Shown here one piece after another: positions 48,077 through 56,540 of a stretch of DNA of 64,000 bases. The translations under genes were made by a program, and so were the position numbers. The DNA is taken from the IMG/VR virus record IMGVR_UViG_3300025133_000024. The stretch is one strand, 5' to 3'. Origin of the DNA: a virus. The notes beneath the pieces are model-generated. The model was not told the DNA's origin. It was given only the letters and a program-made list of their open reading frames with translations, and did not search any database. Each line of letters begins with the position of its first letter. Positions within the stretch are counted from its first letter, which is position 1.

Positions 48077-48105
48077 AAGATGGTAACTGTGAGAGTGATT
48101 GTCAA
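48077..48105 (-). promoter_or_regulatory. sigma70-type promoter (tandem upstream)
   Basis: TTGACA-17-CATCTT. Confidence 0.55.
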
Positions 48106-48118
48106 GAGTTTTTGTGAA

Positions 48119-48613
48119 TTATTTTTCTTTTTTATATGATTCCAGGAAAGTTTGGAGTTCATCAAGTTTGACAGGGTTGTTCGTTCTATAATGGATATTG
48201 ACAAAAGAATACATGCCATGTTCATCAATGATAACAGGGATTTCCATTTCCACAGCCAACTCTCGTCGTTTCTCACTCAAAAATCTGTTCACATCCACAA
48301 CTTCAGCCCGTGTAAGTTCCTCCGTTGCATCAACAAACCATGGCCCCCAAAATTGAGAACCCACTTGTGTTCCATGAACAGCAATCAGGGCTTGTCCTGA
48401 CAATTGAGTATAGAGGAACAGAATTTTGTTTGGGGGAAGAGTGGAAAAGAATACTGACAAATTCTCTGCTTGTTTTTTGGTTAGAGTGTTGCTTCGGAGC
48501 CAATTAGAATAATAAAAAGATTTGAGGAGTTGGTCTCTTTCTTGTCTTCTCATACGAGATATGTAAAACGATTCAGTGTCAAAAAACAAGTCAATAATTT
48601 GATTGTAAGTCAT
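48119..48613 (-). CDS. protein with distant similarity to AAA ATPase C-terminal domain
   Basis: LTKKQAENLSVFFSTLPPNKILFLYTQL. Confidence 0.6.
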   Translation of the reverse strand: MTYNQIIDLFFDTESFYISRMRRQERDQLLKSFYYSNWLRSNTLTKKQAENLSVFFSTLPPNKILFLYTQLSGQALIAVHGTQVGSQFWGPWFVDATEELTRAEVVDVNRFLSEKRRELAVEMEIPVIIDEHGMYSFVNIHYRTNNPVKLDELQTFLESYKKEK

Positions 48614-48677
48614 CTGTTTTTCCTTTTCCCAAAATTGTTTGGGCGTTTTTGTTTTGGACTTGTTGTCCGATGTGTTC

Positions 48678-48705
48678 AATATAAGCAGTGTTGAATGAAT
48701 GTCAA
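48678..48705 (-). promoter_or_regulatory. sigma70-type promoter
   Basis: TTGACA-16-TATATT. Confidence 0.7.
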
Positions 48706-48724
48706 GGGTTTTTCGTTTTTTATT

Positions 48725-49123
48725 TTACAGATTTTCTAGAGCTTTCATTACAACCCCTTCTTCGTATTTATTTATAATGTCAGCAATTGCAACACCTGGA
48801 GGTTTTTTAGAAGTTGGCATGTTTTTACCATACAATAATTTGAGGTTGCGATAATCGGTATCTTTTGGAACAAGGGCCGAGAACAAGCCAACAAAATGAA
48901 AATCAGGCAATTGTTCCCAAAAAATTTTAAGGTTATCCATTTGCTCAGAGGTGAGTTGTTGGTTCAAAAGATTGGAGTTTTTGAAGCCGTCGTACACAGC
49001 CATGACATAAGCTTCAGGTGTCATGGCAAGTGGTCTTTCTGGACCTTCTTTCAATACCTTTTTTGCAAAAAGATAATTTGAGACACTTGCTTGGCCTTGC
49101 TCTTGTTTATCGATTTTTGACAT
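48725..49123 (-). CDS. stand-alone paralogue of AAA ATPase C-terminal domain
   Basis: FKNS.LL..QLT.EQMDNL..FWEQLP...KDTDYRNLKLLYGK. Confidence 0.8.
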   Translation of the reverse strand: MSKIDKQEQGQASVSNYLFAKKVLKEGPERPLAMTPEAYVMAVYDGFKNSNLLNQQLTSEQMDNLKIFWEQLPDFHFVGLFSALVPKDTDYRNLKLLYGKNMPTSKKPPGVAIADIINKYEEGVVMKALENL

Positions 49124-49154
49124 TTTTGTTTCCTCGGTTTATTATTGTGATATG

Positions 49155-49183
49155 AACATAAGCACTGAGAGTTGTTGTGTCAA
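49155..49183 (-). promoter_or_regulatory. sigma70-type promoter
   Basis: TTGACA-17-TATGTT. Confidence 0.75.
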
Positions 49184-49211
49184 GAGCCTTGTTAACTTAT
49201 TTTTCGTTTTT

Positions 49212-49445
49212 TTATTCACAAGTTTTTTGTTCCTTTATATACCTTTTTACTTTGGAAGTGCAAGGAACATTCGCAAGCTCCTTTCCATAATCCTTGCAAA
49301 AACACAAGTCCGTTTCTTTGTGATAAAAACAGGATAATCTTGTGACTATTTTGCTACATCTTTTGTTTTTTACAATACACCCTTCATTTGTATTTCCAAA
49401 CAAAAAAGAAGAGCCAATAATCAACATCAAAAATAGTTTTTTCAT
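49212..49445 (-). CDS. small secreted Cys-rich protein
   Basis: signal-like MKKLFLMLIIG; 7 Cys. Confidence 0.6.
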   Translation of the reverse strand: MKKLFLMLIIGSSFLFGNTNEGCIVKNKRCSKIVTRLSCFYHKETDLCFCKDYGKELANVPCTSKVKRYIKEQKTCE

Positions 49446-49864
49446 TAACTTGGCGACCAGGCAATTTCTTCCGTGAGATTTGGATTTTCCTCGCAAATTC
49501 TAGCCATAAAAGCTCCTGCTTTTTCACCAGAAGTTGGCATGTTTTTACCATACCATAGTTTGATGTTGCGATAAACGGTATCCTTTGAAGCAAGATAAGT
49601 GAACAAAAGAATCATATCTTTATTACTCAAAGTTTCCCAAAAAACGAGCAAATTTTCCATTTCTTCATGTGTTAGTTCTTTTTCCAACAAATCACTGTTT
49701 TTGAATTGCTCCAAAACAGAATTTTTAACGTCGTTTGTTTGGGGTTGAATACGACCAGCCAACACTCCTTTGGCTACATTATAATAGTTTACTCCTTCAG
49801 ATGGCTTTCTTGATTTTGGTCGCGAATTTGGTTGAAGGATTTTTCTCATATCATCTGAGTTCAT
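49445..49864 (-). CDS. stand-alone paralogue of AAA ATPase C-terminal domain
   Basis: NSVLEQFKN...EMENLLVFWETL..ILLFTYLASKDTVYRNIKLWYGK. Confidence 0.8.
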   Translation of the reverse strand: MNSDDMRKILQPNSRPKSRKPSEGVNYYNVAKGVLAGRIQPQTNDVKNSVLEQFKNSDLLEKELTHEEMENLLVFWETLSNKDMILLFTYLASKDTVYRNIKLWYGKNMPTSGEKAGAFMARICEENPNLTEEIAWSPS

Positions 49865-49912
49865 CTGTCTTTCCTTTTTGTTTTTGTTTTGGGTTCATTG
49901 TCCGATGTGTTC

Positions 49913-49940
49913 AATATAAGCAGTGTTGAAAGATTGTCAA
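49913..49940 (-). promoter_or_regulatory. sigma70-type promoter
   Basis: TTGACA-16-TATATT. Confidence 0.7.
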
Positions 49941-50845
49941 GGGTTTTTGAAATATTTTTCGAGTTTTTTTGCTGTTTTGTTTTTGATTTTCAGTTTTGCA
50001 AAAATTGTTTTCATTCTCGATTTCCAATTGTTCCTGGGAATCGTGACTTGATTGAGAATGAAAGTGTTGTCTGTAATGATGATTTGATAATCATCAATAT
50101 TGCGAACAATGACCTCACTTTCTACATGAGAGTCCTTGATGACCGGAACAATATTGATGGTTGGTGCGCTGTCTTTGGATTCAAATTCAACCCAACAGTT
50201 TTGAATTTTGGAGGCACCAATTCTAGAACCAAGGATTGTTGAACCATTGGCAATTGCTGACTCAGAAAATTCAGAATTTCTCGCAACAGAATTAAAAAAC
50301 CTTGTGTTTTCCAAAGAAGAATCGAGAACACTGGAGTTTAAAATGTGAGAATCATAAATATCACAACCGAGAATCAAGGTATCAGATATTTTACATCCAT
50401 CCATGTTGTTTTCGGTTAGAGTTGCTTGAAAAATTTGAGAGTTGTCAATTGTTGAATTATCAATTTTTGATTTGTCAATTATTGAATTGAAAATTGATGA
50501 CTCACCTTCAATTTTGGAACAAAAAACAAAAGAGTTTCCATAAACAGCAACATCCCTTTCAATCCAGCTTCCATCTTGAGCTAATTGATATTCATGTTCA
50601 ATCCAACCACCAAGTTCATCATCCGAAATTCTTTTGATTTGGTACAAGATTCTGTCACCTTGTTTCTTGCTTTCTCCTGAAAACTCCCAAAACTTTTCTT
50701 CAATCTTCAAAAGTTTTATCATCCGAATCATAGAAAGCGATAAATGACCTGCAATTGCTTGCTCAAAACATGAAAAACAAATACCCTCAGATACAGATTT
50801 TAAACTTACTCCCTTTCCACAGACATCACAAGAAAAAGTAGCCAT
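49937..50845 (-). CDS. Zn-ribbon + pentapeptide beta-helix protein, paralogue of 45340-45993
   Basis: CDVC..CFSC; YQIKRISDDELGGWIE..QDGSWI; xSxIx repeats. Confidence 0.75.
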   Translation of the reverse strand: MATFSCDVCGKGVSLKSVSEGICFSCFEQAIAGHLSLSMIRMIKLLKIEEKFWEFSGESKKQGDRILYQIKRISDDELGGWIEHEYQLAQDGSWIERDVAVYGNSFVFCSKIEGESSIFNSIIDKSKIDNSTIDNSQIFQATLTENNMDGCKISDTLILGCDIYDSHILNSSVLDSSLENTRFFNSVARNSEFSESAIANGSTILGSRIGASKIQNCWVEFESKDSAPTINIVPVIKDSHVESEVIVRNIDDYQIIITDNTFILNQVTIPRNNWKSRMKTIFAKLKIKNKTAKKLEKYFKNP

Positions 50846-50895
50846 CTTTGATTTTCCTTTTCCCAAAATTGTTTGGGCGTTTTTATTATGACATA

Positions 50896-50924
50896 AACAT
50901 AAGCACTGACGGTTGATGTGTCAA
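50896..50924 (-). promoter_or_regulatory. sigma70-type promoter
   Basis: TTGACA-17-TATGTT. Confidence 0.75.
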
Positions 50925-50937
50925 GAGCTTTGTTATT

Positions 50938-51123
50938 TTATTTTTCCTTATTTTCTTCATAATTCAACGAAAAATAAACTACATCATTCTCTTCAAGTTC
51001 TCTATTGATAACAGTAGCACTTCCAAATTTACGAACATTCAAAAGTGCTTTTGGACCCAAAAATAAACAAATATAGTTAGCTCCAAACTCATGTCGCAAA
51101 AGCCTCATATTCCCTTTTTTCAT
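50938..51123 (-). CDS. small KG[DE]L...LxY family protein
   Basis: MKKGNM...LNYEE. Confidence 0.6.
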   Translation of the reverse strand: MKKGNMRLLRHEFGANYICLFLGPKALLNVRKFGSATVINRELEENDVVYFSLNYEENKEK

Positions 51124-51332
51124 TTTTGCTTCTCCTCTTTATAGTCAAGTTGAGTATAATAACCCAATATTGATTTCATTTCTGAAATATAATCATAATA
51201 AATTCCTACAAATCCAGAATGTTTTTGAAAACCCAAATACCAATATCGTTCTGAATCTGTTTTTAAAACCAATTCAAGCCTTTCATCGGTGTCGCATAAA
51301 AACACCATTCCCTTTTCAAAGTCACTTATCAT
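51120..51332 (-). CDS. small family protein, close paralogue of 51829-52059
   Basis: SDFEKGM...YTQLDYK. Confidence 0.7.
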   Translation of the reverse strand: MISDFEKGMVFLCDTDERLELVLKTDSERYWYLGFQKHSGFVGIYYDYISEMKSILGYYTQLDYKEEKQK

Positions 51333-51640
51333 TATTGTTTCTCCTCATAAGTTAATAAAGTTTCATCTTCAAGAACATTAATCGAATATTTATCTATTTT
51401 TGTTTTTTTTCTATCAACATAAAGAGAAGTTAAACCCCTAGATTCATCTTCGTAATTCTTAGCGTATAAAAAAGAATAATCAAACTCTCTAAAGCCATCC
51501 TCCAATTTAATATAGCAACAACCTGTCCCCAAATCAATCACTAAAGCTTCAAGATGGTCATTTTTATTTGACAATACTAATTGAAGATCTGGTGCAGAAA
51601 AAACATACTCTTCAATTTGCAAACTACCTTTTGTTGTCAT
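51332..51640 (-). CDS. small KG[DE]L...LxY family protein
   Basis: TKGSL...LLTYEE. Confidence 0.65.
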   Translation of the reverse strand: MTTKGSLQIEEYVFSAPDLQLVLSNKNDHLEALVIDLGTGCCYIKLEDGFREFDYSFLYAKNYEDESRGLTSLYVDRKKTKIDKYSINVLEDETLLTYEEKQ

Positions 51641-51842
51641 AATCCAACCTCAGTAAAACTTTTGGATGTGGAGCAGTCACAAAGTTATCTTCATCGAAAC
51701 AAAAACTTTGGTCTCTGTCAATTTCGTCTTGAATAAAAAGAAAATGAAAATTCTCAAGCAAAAGAACCTTTCCATCCAATTGCAAATAAATCTTTGCTAA
51801 AATCTTGTCATTTCTTCTTATATACAAATCACCCTTTTTCAT
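51624..51842 (-). CDS. small KG[DE]L...LxY family protein
   Basis: MKKGDLY...LDYD. Confidence 0.65.
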   Translation of the reverse strand: MKKGDLYIRRNDKILAKIYLQLDGKVLLLENFHFLFIQDEIDRDQSFCFDEDNFVTAPHPKVLLRLDYDNKR

Positions 51843-52059
51843 CTTGTTTCTCCTTTTTGTAATCAAGTTGTGTGTAAAATTCCAATATTCCTTTCATCGA
51901 TTTTATAGGGTAAAACGAAATCGCCACTTCGACATCATGTTCCGGGTTGGTGCCAATACCAAGAAATGTATAACGATTTGATTCTACTTCCAAAACCAAT
52001 TCAATGCGAGAACCCTTATTTGAAAGAAACATCATTCCCTTTTCAAAGTCACTTTTCAT
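51829..52059 (-). CDS. small family protein, close paralogue of 51120-51332
   Basis: SDFEKGM...YTQLDYK. Confidence 0.7.
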   Translation of the reverse strand: MKSDFEKGMMFLSNKGSRIELVLEVESNRYTFLGIGTNPEHDVEVAISFYPIKSMKGILEFYTQLDYKKEKQDEKG

Positions 52060-52102
52060 TTTTGCCTCAAATGTTTTTGTTAAAAGCTATGACCATAGGT
52101 GC

Positions 52103-52130
52103 AATATAAGGTGCCAAAGGGGAATGTCAA
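52103..52130 (-). promoter_or_regulatory. sigma70-type promoter
   Basis: TTGACA-16-TATATT. Confidence 0.7.
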
Positions 52131-52211
52131 GGGGTTTTTGAATTTTTTTTGAGGGGACATACGGAAGAGGGTGATTGAGGAGGTTATGGTGAGGATGAGA
52201 GGGAAATAATT

Positions 52212-52400
52212 TTATTTATTGCGTTTATATTGTTGGGTGTGGATGTTGTAGAATGATATGTCGTTTAGATATGTTAAAATTTCTATATGGTCGTTTTTTT
52301 CAAAGAAAATCATTTGAACAATGTCACCTGAGGATGTTACTAGACACAGAGTAGGAAGAGTTGTGTTTCTATACAGAATATCGCCCTTTTGAATTTTCAT
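52212..52400 (-). CDS. small KG[DE]L family protein
   Basis: QKGDILY. Confidence 0.55.
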   Translation of the reverse strand: MKIQKGDILYRNTTLPTLCLVTSSGDIVQMIFFEKNDHIEILTYLNDISFYNIHTQQYKRNK

Positions 52401-52438
52401 TTTGTACAGAGAAGATTTGGAGAAATAACTTTTCTTTA

Positions 52439-52642
52439 TCATTTGTTTTCCAAAAATTGTTTGTTATCAGGATTTTCGAAAAATTGAATCATTTGTTTCA
52501 GAAAGTCTTTGGAGATTTCAACATAACCCTCAGAATTATATGAAAATATGTTCTTTTTGTTCAAATCAAAAAATTCAACACTCTCTTTTCTAATGTTTAT
52601 CCCAACTTTCCCAGATTGAGCTTCTTTAACAATTACACTCAT
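52439..52642 (-). CDS. hypothetical protein
   Basis: ORF, ATGA overlap. Confidence 0.55.
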   Translation of the reverse strand: MSVIVKEAQSGKVGINIRKESVEFFDLNKKNIFSYNSEGYVEISKDFLKQMIQFFENPDNKQFLENK

Positions 52643-52770
52643 TTTTTGTCACCATTTTCCCAGGTTGGTGATGTTTTACTAGTCCCCAAAAACAGAACAA
52701 AATGAAATGGCTCTATTGTATATTCTTTGGGAATTGTGAAAATTGCTCCTTTCATATCTTCAAATTTCAT
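52639..52770 (-). CDS. 43-aa truncated small-family member
   Basis: MKFEDMKGAIF...; GGAG SD. Confidence 0.4.
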   Translation of the reverse strand: MKFEDMKGAIFTIPKEYTIEPFHFVLFLGTSKTSPTWENGDKK

Positions 52771-52801
52771 GATATGGTTTCTCCAGTGATTGTGTTGAAA
52801 T

Positions 52802-52878
52802 TGGTGGTTCCAGTGGGATTCGAACCCACATTCGTTCGCTTATGAGGCGAATGCTTTAACCAATTTAGCTATGGAACC
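52802..52878 (-). tRNA. tRNA with CAT anticodon (Ile2 or elongator Met), CCA encoded
   Basis: GGTTCCA/TGGAACC acceptor, TTCGC-CTCATAA-GCGAA, TTCGAAT loop. Confidence 0.9.
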
Positions 52879-52911
52879 ATTCTAAAGTTATTTGAAATCA
52901 TGAATTTAAAG

Positions 52912-52985
52912 TGACCCCGGTGGGATTCGAACCCACACTTGAAGGATTTTAAGTCCTTTGTCTCTGCCAATTGGACTACGAGGTC
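52912..52985 (-). tRNA. tRNA-Leu(TAA), short variable loop
   Basis: GACCTCG/CGGGGTC, AAGGA-CTTAAAA-TCCTT, TTCGAAT loop. Confidence 0.85.
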
Positions 52986-53035
52986 AAGATAAGACAAACC
53001 CGTTATGAGGAGGCAGGTTGTTGTCTTGTGGGTAT

Positions 53036-53064
53036 AGTATAATCACCCTGAGAGATATTGTCAA
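53036..53064 (-). promoter_or_regulatory. sigma70-type promoter for tRNAs
   Basis: TTGACA-17-TATACT. Confidence 0.85.
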
Positions 53065-53218
53065 GGGCTTGAGAAAAGAAATTTTCTATTTTTCATGCTA
53101 TCAATTTGATAAGAAGTCAATCTTTTTATCCTAACTTTTTTCCTTCTATTTCCAGAACAACATTATTTGAAATAAACAAAGATAGCCATAAATTACCTGT
53201 GTGAATCGCTCCTTTCAT
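53061..53218 (-). pseudogene. frameshifted small-family member
   Basis: MKGAIHTG...; continuation in -1 frame at A_AAA_AAG. Confidence 0.4.
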
Positions 53219-53219
53219 A

Positions 53220-53432
53220 TTATGGGAACCTCTTTCTATTTTTGTATTCTAATGTATCATAATTCCTTTCCAATATTTCCTTGTCATCCCCACTATCAAA
53301 AACAATACTAATATAGTTATTTGCAACTTCTAATTCAATAACTTCATCGTCACTCCTTATGTCAGCCCTCAAAAATATTGAGTTACCTTCTCTTAACAAT
53401 AATAATGTTCCTTTTTTATAATTTTCACTCAT
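53220..53432 (-). CDS. small KG[DE]L...LxY family protein
   Basis: KKGTLL...LEYK. Confidence 0.6.
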   Translation of the reverse strand: MSENYKKGTLLLLREGNSIFLRADIRSDDEVIELEVANNYISIVFDSGDDKEILERNYDTLEYKNRKRFP

Positions 53433-53640
53433 CCTCATACCCCATAACATGATAAGCTTTATCTTCTCTACGTTTTAATCTCTTTAAAAAATTTGGAAGG
53501 AGACAAGAAGCATTCCAATCAAAAATATCCACACAAATGTTCTGAGAAATCACACGAAAAGCCAACTTTTCCCTTCCTAAAAGCAAATGAATAACATTTT
53601 CATGTCCATTGTATAAAAGCAACATTCCTTTATTTTTCAT
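53425..53640 (-). CDS. small KG[DE]L...LxY family protein
   Basis: NKGMLL...MGYEDE. Confidence 0.6.
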   Translation of the reverse strand: MKNKGMLLLYNGHENVIHLLLGREKLAFRVISQNICVDIFDWNASCLLPNFLKRLKRREDKAYHVMGYEDE

Positions 53641-53641
53641 C

Positions 53642-53791
53642 CTATTCATCCTCATATGTCAATATGTGATAATCATTTTTCAAAGACTCTAAGTCACCAG
53701 CGTCAAAAATCAACTCAATTCTCAAATAAAGAACATTTCGGTCTTTAAACAAAAATAATGTTCCTTTCTCAAAATTTCTGACCATCTTCAT
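53642..53791 (-). pseudogene. doubly frameshifted small-family member
   Basis: FEKGTLF start; ILTYEDE* end in another frame. Confidence 0.45.
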
Positions 53792-53792
53792 T

Positions 53793-54113
53793 TTAAACCT
53801 CGATTAACATAAATTGCAAATGATAGAGGATGATTGCAAGGTAACACAAAAAAGCAATAACAATACAAATGATTGACAAAACTCTATGATGATATTTCCA
53901 AAGAATCCATGCACCAATATTAACCAAAAATACCTTCACAGCCATAAACACTATTGGAGAATATTGCAAAAACATTTTCATGATTGGATTGGCCTCCTCA
54001 GCCATTTGCATCCAAACCCAATATATTGTAAAAATTCCATCAATAACATTCATAAGAATAATCAAGATTATCAACTGTCTCAAAACCATGCTCTTTTCTT
54101 TTTTTTCTCTCAT
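53793..54113 (-). CDS. DUF5658-like membrane protein
   Basis: LMNVIDGIFT...EEANPIM, three TM segments. Confidence 0.75.
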   Translation of the reverse strand: MREKKEKSMVLRQLIILIILMNVIDGIFTIYWVWMQMAEEANPIMKMFLQYSPIVFMAVKVFLVNIGAWILWKYHHRVLSIICIVIAFLCYLAIILYHLQFMLIEV

Positions 54114-54152
54114 GAAACTCTCCTTGCTGCTACAATTTTCACCAACACCACC

Positions 54153-54181
54153 ATCATAGACATTCACACCACCCATGTCAA
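54153..54181 (-). promoter_or_regulatory. sigma70-type promoter
   Basis: TTGACA-17-TATGAT. Confidence 0.85.
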
Positions 54182-54285
54182 GAGGAAAAGAAAAATAATT
54201 GCTTCTAGGGCACTTCTAGTGGGATATAAAGAAGGGAAACAAGGGTAGGGGTTAGGAGGAGTAACAGGCTTGTCTTGCCGTTACT

Positions 54286-54504
54286 TCAGGGGTCTTTGTG
54301 AAAGGGATATGAAAGGTGGGAGCATATAGACCTGTCAATGTCTTGCATTGAATCTTCTACAGTATATTTTGCCATTCTAGTTTCGTTTTCATAAAGTTCA
54401 ATTGAATAATGGTTATCGTAGGTATTTGGTCGAGTAGATTTGATAGTATTACAAACCAACTCAATTCTTTCATTATAGAGGATTAAACTGCCTTTTTTAA
54501 TCAT
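54286..54504 (-). CDS. small KG[DE]L...LxY family protein
   Basis: MIKKGSLILY...LSYP. Confidence 0.65.
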   Translation of the reverse strand: MIKKGSLILYNERIELVCNTIKSTRPNTYDNHYSIELYENETRMAKYTVEDSMQDIDRSICSHLSYPFHKDP

Positions 54505-54691
54505 TTGTTAAATGCTCACATTCTTTATATTCAATATGCAATAAGGAAACCTCGATAGAATAGTTTTGAAGATATATGGCATCAAAAGAAATATCAAAAT
54601 CAAAAGAGATGTGGCTATCTTCTTGTTTGTTACAAGATAATACAATTTCTAGACTATTATTATATAACAACATGTCACCTTTTTTAATCAT
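54497..54691 (-). CDS. small family protein, tandem paralogue of 54684-54878
   Basis: MIKKGDMLLY...KECEHLTND. Confidence 0.7.
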   Translation of the reverse strand: MIKKGDMLLYNNSLEIVLSCNKQEDSHISFDFDISFDAIYLQNYSIEVSLLHIEYKECEHLTND

Positions 54692-54878
54692 TTGTTAAAT
54701 GCTCACATTCTTTAGAGCCAATATGTGACAAAGTGACATTAACAGAATAATCTTGAAGTACTCCACGTAATAAAGGAATACTATAATCAAATGAAAGGTG
54801 ATTTCTTTCATTCTTTTCACAAGATAAAATAATTTCCAGATTATTATCGTACAATAACAAGTCACCTTTTTTAATCAT
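54684..54878 (-). CDS. small family protein, tandem paralogue of 54497-54691
   Basis: MIKKGDLLLY...KECEHLTND. Confidence 0.7.
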   Translation of the reverse strand: MIKKGDLLLYDNNLEIILSCEKNERNHLSFDYSIPLLRGVLQDYSVNVTLSHIGSKECEHLTND

Positions 54879-55423
54879 TGTTGCAAGCCCTTTATATAAT
54901 AATAAAATTCATGCCAATTGGAAACACAATGCGAACCATCTGTTTCTCTGTTCCAGGGTCTTTTCATAACAACTGAAATGCCCTTGTTTGCTTTCCATGC
55001 TTTTAAAGTTTCTGATTTATCTTCTAAAATGATTTCTCCAGGTTTTGCCAACAAATGTTTTTTACAACAAAAGATAACATTTTCCTGAGGGATGAATGGA
55101 AGATGTTCTCTTAACCATTCTCTTTTATCCCTTTCACAAGTTTCAGCAGCAATGTGGGGGGCTGTTACAATATAAACTTCATGTTCTTCATCAAGTTGTT
55201 GGATAATTTCAATTGCATTTTCATATGGTTTTAAATTTGGTCCAAAAAATCCAGGTTCACGCAAATAATTCCTTATTGCATCTCCAATTTTAACATGATT
55301 TCCAAGGTTGAAAGTTGTTATCTCTTCTCTTGTTACATTGTCATCAAAGTCTTTATTGTACCTTGATAACCAAGGCTCAACAAGATTAACAATGACCCCA
55401 TCCATATCCAAATATATTCTCAT
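54875..55423 (-). CDS. 5'(3')-deoxyribonucleotidase (HAD, NT5C)
   Basis: YLDMDGV, IVTAP, KREWLREHLPF, LED, PWN. Confidence 0.9.
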   Translation of the reverse strand: MRIYLDMDGVIVNLVEPWLSRYNKDFDDNVTREEITTFNLGNHVKIGDAIRNYLREPGFFGPNLKPYENAIEIIQQLDEEHEVYIVTAPHIAAETCERDKREWLREHLPFIPQENVIFCCKKHLLAKPGEIILEDKSETLKAWKANKGISVVMKRPWNRETDGSHCVSNWHEFYYYIKGLQQ

Positions 55424-55638
55424 GTGATTCCTTTCTTTTTGTACCTTAGCTTTATTAAATCAAGTTCATGATAACGTCGATAATCTGGTATTAATTGAAC
55501 CCTATCTTTATCACCTCTATTATGAATTGTTAAAGTTTTACCATTGTGTAATATTAACCTTATCTCCATATAATAACTTTTGTCCTGAATATAAGGGTAG
55601 CAAATTACTGTTCCTGGTTCAAAATAATGCATTTTCAT
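55420..55638 (-). CDS. small KG[DE]L-like family protein
   Basis: EPGTVI...LRYK. Confidence 0.55.
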   Translation of the reverse strand: MKMHYFEPGTVICYPYIQDKSYYMEIRLILHNGKTLTIHNRGDKDRVQLIPDYRRYHELDLIKLRYKKKGIT

Positions 55639-55870
55639 GTTTACTATAACTCAAGTATAATATATGTTTGTAAACTTCTTGTCCTTCATTTACACCTATT
55701 CTAGGATTTATATCCAATCGAGGAAATGATTTGCTATAGTTGAAAAATAAATCATGTTCATTACCGAGATATAATCTTAAGAAACAAAAGTCTTTATTCA
55801 CTAGTATATCACCTTTGTTTCCTAAGGTTATTTTTTTAAAGGGTTTACGAGGTTTCATCAACTTCAACAA
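55619..55870 (-). CDS. small KG[DE]L...LxY family protein
   Basis: NKGDIL...LSYSK. Confidence 0.6.
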   Translation of the reverse strand: MLKLMKPRKPFKKITLGNKGDILVNKDFCFLRLYLGNEHDLFFNYSKSFPRLDINPRIGVNEGQEVYKHILYLSYSKHENALF

Positions 55871-56249
55871 CTACCTCATGTTCTTCTTCAACAGTCAAAA
55901 GGTCGAGAAGTTCTTCACCTGTAATCTGAGAGGAATCAATCAGAGCTTTGATAGACGTAAGAGCATATTTTTTGCTTTTTTCCTTTTGCTCTTTTTCGAT
56001 TTCTTTCCGAAGTCCTTTCTCTTCATCTGTTTCTGGTCTTGTTCCCCAAATGTTATATTTGGCTTTTGAACCTTGATTTGTATCAGCCATCACAAACTCA
56101 ACAAGTCTTGCTTTATGAGACTCTTCAGTGCTTTTCCAATCTTTCTTTAGCTCTTTCATAAGAAGGTCAAAATCGTCTTCGGTCTTGACATCCACAAAAC
56201 TTAGAAACGCAACTTTTTCTCGGATAATATCGTTCTTGTTATTGCTCAT
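55845..56249 (-). CDS. hypothetical protein
   Basis: start MSNNKND shared with 37526-37741. Confidence 0.65.
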   Translation of the reverse strand: MSNNKNDIIREKVAFLSFVDVKTEDDFDLLMKELKKDWKSTEESHKARLVEFVMADTNQGSKAKYNIWGTRPETDEEKGLRKEIEKEQKEKSKKYALTSIKALIDSSQITGEELLDLLTVEEEHEVVVEVDETS

Positions 56250-56430
56250 CTTTGTCTCCATATGAGTTAATATATTTTGGTTCTATAAAGGTTTCAACTT
56301 CTGTGTCATACTTATCTTCAAAGGCTAACTCTATGTTCTCTTCTTTTAATAATATTAAGGAAAGGTTTCCTTTTAAAGCTAATTCAATAGAATCACTCCA
56401 TAGAATTAAAGTCCCTTTGTTTATCTTCAT
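56239..56430 (-). CDS. small KG[DE]L...LxY family protein
   Basis: NKGTLI...NSYGDKDEQ. Confidence 0.65.
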   Translation of the reverse strand: MKINKGTLILWSDSIELALKGNLSLILLKEENIELAFEDKYDTEVETFIEPKYINSYGDKDEQ

Positions 56431-56457
56431 GTTCTGGGTTTTCCCTTGTGGGAGTAC

Positions 56458-56517
56458 ATAACAATAAAAGCCCTTGAAATCAACACAAAGTATAGTCTCA
56501 AGGGCTTTTATTGTTAT
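56458..56517. terminator. bidirectional terminator-like inverted repeat
   Basis: 20-bp perfect arms, 20-nt loop. Confidence 0.75.
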
Positions 56518-56540
56518 CTGTTATAGACTAATAATCCAGA

